Positions 60,447 to 64,000 of a stretch of DNA of 64,000 nt are shown one piece after another. The DNA comes from Spirochaetia bacterium (GTDB taxonomy: Bacteria; Spirochaetota; Spirochaetia; SZUA-6; Bin103). The notes below the pieces were generated by a model, which did no database searches, was not told where the DNA came from, and saw nothing but the letters and a program-made list of their open reading frames with translations. Position 1 is the stretch's first letter. Each line of letters starts with the position of its first letter. Made by a program: the position numbers and the translations under genes. Location of the stretch: positions 2,048,214 through 2,112,213 of the forward strand of contig CBDAOI010000004.1 of assembly GCA_965198005.1 (NCBI GenBank), in the 5' to 3' direction.

Positions 60447-62114
60447 GTGTCACCTGACCGTGGCCCGGCGGCGCCCCGCACCGGCCGGCGCCGGCGGGTG
60501 CAGGTGGCGTGGGCGGCGCTGTGGCTGAGTGCCGGCGCCGTGGTGGCCGGGCCGGCACTGGCCCGGGCCGCGCCCGCGGGGGCCGATCCCGCGTCTCTGA
60601 TCTCCCAGGCCCAGGACGAGCTGGCGACCGGGGCGTACGGCAATGTCATTGCCATCCTCGACCAGATGCGGGTCCACCATGCCGATTCGCCGGTACTGCC
60701 CGAAGCGCTGCTGCTGGCCGCGCTGGCGGCGGTGGGACGGGATGACCGGCTTCAGGAACGGCTCCTGCTGGAGCAGGCGTCGGCCGCCGCGCGCCGGCTG
60801 GCGGACTCCGCCGTGCTGTCGCCCGCGGCCGCCGGCCGGTACCAGGTAACCGCGGCCCGCCGGCTGGGGGTTTCGCTGGAGCAGACCCGTGACTACGACC
60901 GGGCACTCGGCCATTACGAGCAGGCAATCGAGCTGCTGGTAACCCGCTCCCGCAAACCGCCGCGGCCGGGGTCGGCCGCCGCGCGCGAGCTGAGCGGGCT
61001 GCGGCTGGCCGCGGCGCGGCTCGCCCACCGGCATGGCGCGGGCCTGCCCGGCGACGGCGAACGCTACTTCGATCAGGTAGAGCCGTCCGAGTTGGGCGCC
61101 GCCGACCTGGCCGCCTACCGCCCGCTTGCGCGCGACCTGATGTGGCGCTACTTCCCGCCCGACCGCTTGGGAATGGACGCCACCAACGTCTCCGCGCTTG
61201 CCACCGACGGCGATGACCTGTGGGTGGGGGGGTGGCTTGGCGGCCTGGTGCGCTACGCCGAGCCGACCGGTCGCCTGCGGGTGTTCCGGGAACCGCCGGA
61301 TTCGCTCGCCGCCCACAGCGTGCGGGACATCGTACGGATCGGGGGGCACATCTGGGTGGCGACCAACCGCGGGCTGTCGGTCTATGCGCGCGCCAGCGAC
61401 CACTGGCATCATGAGCCGCCGTTCGGTGGCGGGCCGGAGCCCAATCGGGTGTCCGCCATCGCCGCGGCCGGCAAGGCGGTATACGTCGGTACTCTCGGCC
61501 AGGGACTGTGGCGCCGCGACGCCCGCGGCTGGAGCACCGTCGGCGCCGGCGATCTTCCGGGACCGTTCATCAGCGCCTTGCAGATCGGGGGGGACAGCCT
61601 GTGGATCGGGACGCTCGACCTGGGACTGCTGCAACTCGACTTGGCGACCGGCACGGTGCGCAGCTTCGACGAGATCAACCCCGACCTCGGACGGCAGAAC
61701 GTCACCACCATCGTTCCGGGACCCGACGCGTCGCTGTGGGTCGGAACGTTCGGCGCCGGGCTGTTCCGATGGGAACCGAACCGCAGCGTCGTCACCCACT
61801 ATTCCGTCGCCACCGGCGACCTGCCCGACGACTGGGTTCTGGACGGTGCCGCCGGTGAGGCCGGCATCTACTTCGGGACCTTCGGCGGCGGGGTGGTGCG
61901 CTACGCGCCCACCGCGAGCGGAGCCGGGGAGTGGCTGAACATCGGGCTGGCCCAGGGACTGCCGTCGCTGGACGTGTCGGTGGTCACCGCGGCCGGCGGC
62001 CAGGTCTACTTCGGAACCCTGGGCGCGGGGGTGGCGGTAATCTCGGAACGGCGCGGCATTCACGGCTTGGCGCCGCGGGAGTCGGTCGGGTGGCGCGGGC
62101 TTCCCGGACGGTAG
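60447..62114 (+). CDS. Exported TPR-like + beta-propeller protein
   Basis: Signal-like segment, helical N-half, repeated xLWVGTxxxGL blades (DDLWVGG, HIWVATNRGL, SLWIGTLDLGL, VYFGTLGAGV). Start uncertain (GTG 60447 or 60498). Confidence 0.7.
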   Translation: MSPDRGPAAPRTGRRRRVQVAWAALWLSAGAVVAGPALARAAPAGADPASLISQAQDELATGAYGNVIAILDQMRVHHADSPVLPEALLLAALAAVGRDDRLQERLLLEQASAAARRLADSAVLSPAAAGRYQVTAARRLGVSLEQTRDYDRALGHYEQAIELLVTRSRKPPRPGSAAARELSGLRLAAARLAHRHGAGLPGDGERYFDQVEPSELGAADLAAYRPLARDLMWRYFPPDRLGMDATNVSALATDGDDLWVGGWLGGLVRYAEPTGRLRVFREPPDSLAAHSVRDIVRIGGHIWVATNRGLSVYARASDHWHHEPPFGGGPEPNRVSAIAAAGKAVYVGTLGQGLWRRDARGWSTVGAGDLPGPFISALQIGGDSLWIGTLDLGLLQLDLATGTVRSFDEINPDLGRQNVTTIVPGPDASLWVGTFGAGLFRWEPNRSVVTHYSVATGDLPDDWVLDGAAGEAGIYFGTFGGGVVRYAPTASGAGEWLNIGLAQGLPSLDVSVVTAAGGQVYFGTLGAGVAVISERRGIHGLAPRESVGWRGLPGR

Positions 62115-62148
62115 GCGCAATGGACCGGCATCGACGCCGGACTGGGGT

Positions 62149-63414
62149 GTGCCCCTGATCGGTCTGTTCAACCGGCACGTCGCCGGGGAGCTGCTGTTCT
62201 CCGTTCTGATCGCGTTTCTGTTTTTCTTCGTCGTGTTCTTCATCAACGTGCTGCTGGTGACCGCCGACGACATTCTGTCCAGACAGGTGCCGTTCGCAGA
62301 CGCGGTACGGCTGATTACCTACGCACTGCCCCAGATCCTGGCGCTGGCGTTTCCCTTCGCGACCCTGCTCGGCGCCCAGATAAGTCTGGGACGGCTCAGC
62401 GCCGATCGCGAGCTGCTGGCCGCGCAGGCGTGCGGCATGCCGCTGCCGCGTGTGTTCGCCCCGCTGGTGGCGATCGGGGTGTTGCTGTCGGGCCTGTCGT
62501 TCGCGACCAACGATCTCCTGTTGCCGGCCGGAACCATCGAGTTCAACCGCCTGTACCGGCGCATCCTGTTCCAGCATCCCGCGGTCGAGCTGGCTCCCAA
62601 CTCGGTGCACCGGTTCGAGGACGTGGCGATCGTCACCGGCGACCTGATCGGCGACGAACTGCAGGACGTGACGATCATCGATCGGATCCGGGGCGGCGAG
62701 AAACGCGTAATTGCCGCGCGCACCCTGCGCCTCGCTGCCAGCGAACGCCAACCGGGCGTATTGTCGTTGCGTCTCGGCGGCGTGTTTACCCACTCGGTGG
62801 AGGCCGCCAGCGACGACTTCGAGTATGCGCAGGCCGACGGCATGGAGTACAACATCGCGCTGCCGGACATCGACGACAGCAGCATCGGCCCCAACGAGCA
62901 GAGCTCGGTGGACGTCTGGCGGGAGATAGCCGCGCGCCGCGCCGAACGGGAGCAACGGCAGCGACAGCTCGCCGCCGGCTTGGCGCACGCGCTGCTGTTC
63001 GACCTGGTGGCCGCGGTCGAGCGGCTGGCGGGAACGCCGGCCGGGCAGCGGCCGCGGGCGCTGGTCGAGGAGCGGCTGCTGCTGGATCGGCAGTATCGAG
63101 CCCTGGCCGAGGAAGTGGAGAACGCACCGTACGAGCCGGTGCGGAACCATCTGTTCGAGTTTCACAAGAAGTTCGCCGTGCCGGCGGCGTGCCTGGTGTT
63201 CATGCTGTTCGCGCTGGCCGCCGGGGTGGTGGCGCCGCACAGCGGGCGTACCTACGGCCTGGTGGTGGGGATGGCGATGGCCGTAGTCTACTGGGGATTG
63301 CTGGTCTCGGCCCACGGGGTCGGGGAACGCACCCTGCATCCGGCGCTGGCGATCTGGATGCCCAACCTGGCGGTGCTGGCAATCGCCGGCACGCTGTACG
63401 CGGTGCGGCGATGA
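62149..63414 (+). CDS. lptF: LptF/LptG family permease
   Basis: TM pattern, LGRLSADRELLAAQACG, FHKKFAVPAACLVF. Confidence 0.88.
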   Translation: MPLIGLFNRHVAGELLFSVLIAFLFFFVVFFINVLLVTADDILSRQVPFADAVRLITYALPQILALAFPFATLLGAQISLGRLSADRELLAAQACGMPLPRVFAPLVAIGVLLSGLSFATNDLLLPAGTIEFNRLYRRILFQHPAVELAPNSVHRFEDVAIVTGDLIGDELQDVTIIDRIRGGEKRVIAARTLRLAASERQPGVLSLRLGGVFTHSVEAASDDFEYAQADGMEYNIALPDIDDSSIGPNEQSSVDVWREIAARRAEREQRQRQLAAGLAHALLFDLVAAVERLAGTPAGQRPRALVEERLLLDRQYRALAEEVENAPYEPVRNHLFEFHKKFAVPAACLVFMLFALAAGVVAPHSGRTYGLVVGMAMAVVYWGLLVSAHGVGERTLHPALAIWMPNLAVLAIAGTLYAVRR

Positions 63415-64000
63415 CCCGGCTGCAACGCATGATCCTGAGTGCGGTACTGCCGGCGTTCGGCAGTGCGGTGGTGTTTCTGGCGCTGATCATCGAGCTCGCG
63501 GACATCTTCCCGAACCTGTTCCGGTATCTCGATCACGGCGTGGGGTTCGTGGTGATCGCGCGGATCGCGCTGCTCTATCTTCCGCAGTGCGTGGTGTTTT
63601 CGGTGCCGATTGCGCTGTTGTTCGCCATTGCCTACGGGCTGGGCACGTTCTACGTTCGCAACGAGCTGATGGCGATGTTCGGCTCCGGCGTCAGCCTCCG
63701 GCGGCTGGTGCTCCCGCTGGTCGCGCTGGGCGCGCTGTTGAGCGCCGCGCTGTTTCTGTTCGAGAATGAGGTGGCGATTCACACGTTGCGCATGAAGAAC
63801 CAGTTGTACCGTACCGCGCTCGACATCCGCATCCGGCTCGATGACGCCAACGTGGCGGTGGCCACGCCGGACCGGCGGACGATTACCCACGCCGACTTCT
63901 ATGACGACGAGCGGGTCGAGCTGTCGCGGGTGCTGCTGCTCGAGCGTGCCGCGGGCGGCCGGGTGACGGCTCGGATCGATGCCGAGCGGGCGCGCTGGGA
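63411..64000 (+). CDS. lptG: LptF/LptG family permease, partial
   Basis: ATG at 63411 overlapping the previous stop; MTRLQRMIL...LFRYLD...LPQCVVFSVPIALLFA...RNELMAMFGSGVSLRRL; runs off the window. Confidence 0.85.
   Translation, partial: MTRLQRMILSAVLPAFGSAVVFLALIIELADIFPNLFRYLDHGVGFVVIARIALLYLPQCVVFSVPIALLFAIAYGLGTFYVRNELMAMFGSGVSLRRLVLPLVALGALLSAALFLFENEVAIHTLRMKNQLYRTALDIRIRLDDANVAVATPDRRTITHADFYDDERVELSRVLLLERAAGGRVTARIDAERARW

Noticed and set aside
37975-62273. Very long antisense or alternate-frame ORFs (e.g. 37975-41304, 52162-54360, 56753-58831, 60450-62273)
   Set aside because: Shadow ORFs opposite well-supported genes, expected from stop-codon scarcity at high GC; no motifs.

Overview
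High-GC bacterial chromosome segment, most likely from a spirochaete (phylum Spirochaetota). The gene order in the right half (yebC-ruvCAB-queA, tmk-tamB-bamA-skp-mutS-comF, rimP-nusA-infB-rbfA-truB-ribF-rpsO-pnp, lptF-lptG) matches the conserved spirochaete arrangement. The window has two halves. (1) About 0.7-30.7 kb is an accessory island. It holds an unexplained non-coding array of seven 122-134 bp units bracketed by ~60 bp direct repeats, two decayed transposable elements, and a ~23 kb defence cluster. The cluster is built on an SNF2/DUF3883 helicase + DUF1156 methyltransferase + HEPN-DUF499 ATPase scaffold (restriction-like/BREX-related). Cargo genes are interleaved in it: a tightly coupled wHTH - AAA+ ATPase - PIN - N4-type DNA methyltransferase four-gene cassette that I cannot match to a named system, an XRE-ImmA/IrrE regulator followed by an Abi/UG-type reverse transcriptase with a YVDN active site, a PHP-ATPase (Ppl/TrlF-like), a Schlafen/AlbA_2 protein, and a decayed McrB-N/EVE-like gene. 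(2) About 30.7-64 kb is ordinary core genome with an inserted exbB-exbD-tonB block and a probable attenuator in the rimP-nusA leader. No rRNA, tRNA or CRISPR array was found. All family assignments come from motifs recognised by eye; no database search was run.
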